Positions 61,391-64,000 of a stretch of 64,000 nucleotides of DNA are shown here, one piece after another. Both the position numbers and the translations under genes were made by a program. This DNA is from a virus. Under the pieces are notes generated by a model. The model made no database searches. It had not been told where the DNA came from and saw only the letters and a list, made by a program, of their open reading frames with translations. The DNA lies in IMG/VR virus record IMGVR_UViG_3300028831_000232, positions 27,244 through 91,243 of that record; one strand, written 5' to 3'. The first letter of the stretch is position 1. The number at the start of each line of letters is the position of its first letter.

Positions 61391-63459
61391 CCCTTCCCCT
61401 CGCTCCACCGCTCGCAGACCGTGATGTCGGCCAGCAGCGGTACCCGTAGCTTAAGCGGTAGATCCTCCATCGACTCGCGAAGCATTTCCGAGGCCCACGC
61501 CACCAGCTCGTCGGGGGCCTGCACCACCAGTTCGTCATGGACCGTCAGCATGAGCAGGCAGGGGCTGTCGCGCAGGCGCTCGTGGAGCCGGACCATCGCC
61601 AATTTGATCAGGTCGCCGGCCGACCCCTGGATGACGGTGTTGACCGCCTGGCGCTCGGCCGCTTTCCGCCGGCCGAATTCGTAGCTGGTGATGTCGGGCA
61701 GCCGGCGCTTGCGGCCCAGGATGGTGGTGACGTACGGCGCCGAGGGCCGGCACTTCTTGGCCTTGGCCTCGGCCCTGGTGATCCGGGTGGCAACGCATTT
61801 CCGCACCACCGAGCGCCGCCAGGGGTCCACCCTGGTGTAGGTGCCGAAGAAAGCGTTGATCAGGTCTTCGGCCTCGCCCAAGTTCGGCACGCCGTACTTC
61901 TCCACCAGCGTGCTGGCCTGGGCGCCGTACGCCATCGAGAAATTGCAGTTCTTCGCCCGGCTGTATTGCTCCTTGGTCAGCTCCTCTTCGCTGACGTGGT
62001 ACGCCTTGCACCCGGTGATCTTGTGCAGGTTCAGGCCGTCCTGGTATGCCTTGATGAGCAGCGGGTCGCGGCTGTAGTGGGCCAGCAGGCGCAGCTCGAT
62101 CTGGCTGTAGTCGGCCACGATGAGCTTGTGGCCGGGCGGGGCGATGAACAGCTCCCGCACCTCGTTCGAGCGCCGCGTCGGGATGTTCTGCAGGTTCGGC
62201 GTCCGGCAGCTGAACCGGCCGGTGCGGGCGCCGCGCTGGTCGAAGTCGGCGTGGCAGCGCCCGTTGTGGAGCCGGCCCTTGATGTTGAGCAGGTACGTGC
62301 TGTGGAGCTTCGACAGCTCCAACCAGTGGAGGATGTCCTTCACCACCGGGTTCTTCCGCAGGCTGGCCGTGGACTGCAGCGCTGCCGCCGATGTCTGGGG
62401 GTCGCGCCGCACCTTGGTGACGTAGTCCGGGTGGGGCTGGTGCGGGCCGGTCCAGCGCCCCCGCCGGCCGGTACGGGGGTTCACGAGGTCGCGGTCGTAG
62501 TGGCCGAAGAGCAGCTCGATGATCTGGGCGTCGGCGTTCAAGTTGATCGGGTGGCCGGCGGCCTTCGCGACTCGGGCGTAGGTGGCGGCCATCTCGGCCT
62601 CGACGCGGGCGATGAGCGTGTCCAGGCCGGCCACGTCGATCATGACGCCGGCCTCCTCCATCCAGACCACGCACTCCAGCACCCGCATCTCCAGGTCGAA
62701 CAGCTCAGTGAGGTTCTCGGCCTCGATCTGATCGACGTACGTCTGCTTCAGCAGCCAGGCGTACTTGGAGTCGAGCCGGCCGTAGCGGGCCGCCTCATCG
62801 AAGGGGAACTTGTCCACGCCGATGCGGCCCAGGCTCTTGTCGTACTCGAATTTGAATTCCCGCTTCACGCAGCTGCCGAGGCTGTAGGGGTAGCCGCCGA
62901 GGTGCGTCTCATCGATGAGGAACGCAGCGATCATGGTGTCGAAGTACGGCGGTGGCGGGACGACGCCGTAGTACCGGGCCGCCACCTCCAGGTCGAATTT
63001 CAGGCCGTGGCCCGTCTTCTCGGCCGGCCCCAGCAGGATCGGCTCCAGGGCCTCGAACACTGTCTCGGTGGAGAGCTGGGCGGGGGCAGGACCGACCACC
63101 GGCAGCTGCTTGGCGTTGGCGTACGGCTCGCCGTTCTTCTTCAGCTTGCTCCACTCGAAGCCCACCACCCGGCCCAGCGGGTGGCCGAAGGGAATCACGT
63201 CGGCCCGGCCCGGCCCCGCCAGCGAGATCCAGAACGGGATGGCGTGGCGAGGGTCGTTGCGCCGCTCGCCCCTCGTCTCAAAGTCGTAGGCGAAGGACTC
63301 CATGTCGGCGTAGGCGGCGGCCACCTCCTTGAGCTGGCGGGGGGTGGTGATGACGGACGCGCTGCGACGGAAGGACCCACCAGGACCGACGCTCGTCAGC
63401 GCCAGCCTGCCCGGTAACCGCCCACCGGGTGCCCCTCCTTCCGCCGCAGCGACCGTCAC
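61387..63459 (-). CDS. polA: DNA polymerase family A (3'-5' exo plus polymerase, no 5' nuclease)
   Basis: YDFET; TGRFSC..PNLQNIP; ADYSQIELR; R..AKNCNF..AYG; TVHDEL; true start probably near 63350. Confidence 0.95.
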   Translation of the reverse strand: MTVAAAEGGAPGGRLPGRLALTSVGPGGSFRRSASVITTPRQLKEVAAAYADMESFAYDFETRGERRNDPRHAIPFWISLAGPGRADVIPFGHPLGRVVGFEWSKLKKNGEPYANAKQLPVVGPAPAQLSTETVFEALEPILLGPAEKTGHGLKFDLEVAARYYGVVPPPPYFDTMIAAFLIDETHLGGYPYSLGSCVKREFKFEYDKSLGRIGVDKFPFDEAARYGRLDSKYAWLLKQTYVDQIEAENLTELFDLEMRVLECVVWMEEAGVMIDVAGLDTLIARVEAEMAATYARVAKAAGHPINLNADAQIIELLFGHYDRDLVNPRTGRRGRWTGPHQPHPDYVTKVRRDPQTSAAALQSTASLRKNPVVKDILHWLELSKLHSTYLLNIKGRLHNGRCHADFDQRGARTGRFSCRTPNLQNIPTRRSNEVRELFIAPPGHKLIVADYSQIELRLLAHYSRDPLLIKAYQDGLNLHKITGCKAYHVSEEELTKEQYSRAKNCNFSMAYGAQASTLVEKYGVPNLGEAEDLINAFFGTYTRVDPWRRSVVRKCVATRITRAEAKAKKCRPSAPYVTTILGRKRRLPDITSYEFGRRKAAERQAVNTVIQGSAGDLIKLAMVRLHERLRDSPCLLMLTVHDELVVQAPDELVAWASEMLRESMEDLPLKLRVPLLADITVCERWSEGKG

Positions 63460-63465
63460 GCTACG

Positions 63466-64000
63466 TCACTCCTCGTCATCGTCGTCGTAGTCGCCGCTGA
63501 CCTCTTCGGCCAGCTCCAGCAGCTGCTTGCGAGTCGGCACCTTGATGATCTTCTTGTCGTAGACCTTGGCCCGGTACTTCGCCAGCTCCTCCTCGTCCAG
63601 GGGCTTGATGTCCCAGTCCTCTTCGAGGTCGCGCTCCTTGACGTAGTCGAGGGCGTAGCGGGTCTGCTGCTTCTTGCCGGTGCGGGACGCCGCCCAGTAC
63701 ACGTCGTCACGGTCGATGGGCGCCGTGCGCTTGTCCTTCATCTTGGACTTCACCTGCTCGGCCACGGCCCCGCCCATCTCCCACACCCGGTTGATGGGCT
63801 TGTCATCGGAGAGCACGAGGACGTTGAACATGACCCGGAAGGCCGGGTCGTCGCCCAGGTTGCACAACGGGCAGTCGTCCTCGATGCACACCCAGCTGCG
63901 CTTCCCCTGCCGGCGGTCGATCCAGTGCTGGCGGAAGTTGGCGAACGGCGCCGGCTGAAGGAACTTGATGAGCGTCGGCTCCTCCTCCAGCTTGAGGAAT
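63466..64000 (-). CDS. gp32-like Zn-binding ssDNA-binding protein (5' end beyond window)
   Basis: QHW...C...CPLC; acidic C-terminal tail DYDDDDEE; upstream of polA. Confidence 0.7.
   Translation of the reverse strand, partial: FLKLEEEPTLIKFLQPAPFANFRQHWIDRRQGKRSWVCIEDDCPLCNLGDDPAFRVMFNVLVLSDDKPINRVWEMGGAVAEQVKSKMKDKRTAPIDRDDVYWAASRTGKKQQTRYALDYVKERDLEEDWDIKPLDEEELAKYRAKVYDKKIIKVPTRKQLLELAEEVSGDYDDDDEE

Noticed and set aside
57861-63459. Inteins or introns in RecA, PolA, terminase or helicase
   Set aside because: Lengths are normal, motifs are contiguous and no splicing or homing-endonuclease motifs were seen.

Overview
High-GC tailed-phage DNA with no bacterial housekeeping genes and no integrase, tRNA or CRISPR array seen. 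The host is an actinobacterium (WhiB, SpoVS-like, actinobacterial amidase). Gene order and capsid/portal/terminase motifs resemble my recollection of large Bxz1/E3/BRock-like actinophages, which is inference. Layout: head module on the minus strand (N4-gp56-type major capsid cut by the window edge, scaffold, portal, small ORFs, large terminase; 1-8671); an inverted lysis cassette (8723-11559); a long early/accessory region of small ORFs (11565-42270) with an SNF2 helicase, a GHKL-zincin fusion, an exoribonuclease, ART-like and ParB-like proteins, proteases and a DNA methyltransferase; a TGT/DpdA-like and nucleotidyltransferase block (43695-46972); and a replication/recombination block (RuvC, dNMP kinase, WhiB-Cas4-like fusion, Hjc-like, RecA, PolA, gp32-like SSB; 53508-64000). 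Best leads: (1) eight unrelated accessory proteins end in the same peptide tag, [VIT]-D-G-x-T-Q, conserved at protein level; (2) an in-frame TGA at a probable Cys position followed by a bacterial SECIS-like hairpin (candidate phage selenoprotein); (3) a GCAAG-N16-CTTGC dyad before four gene starts; (4) shared N-terminal motifs on ART-, ParB- and glycosylase-like proteins; (5) a HARP/SNF2 helicase split into two genes. Family calls are from motif recognition only; no searches were run.
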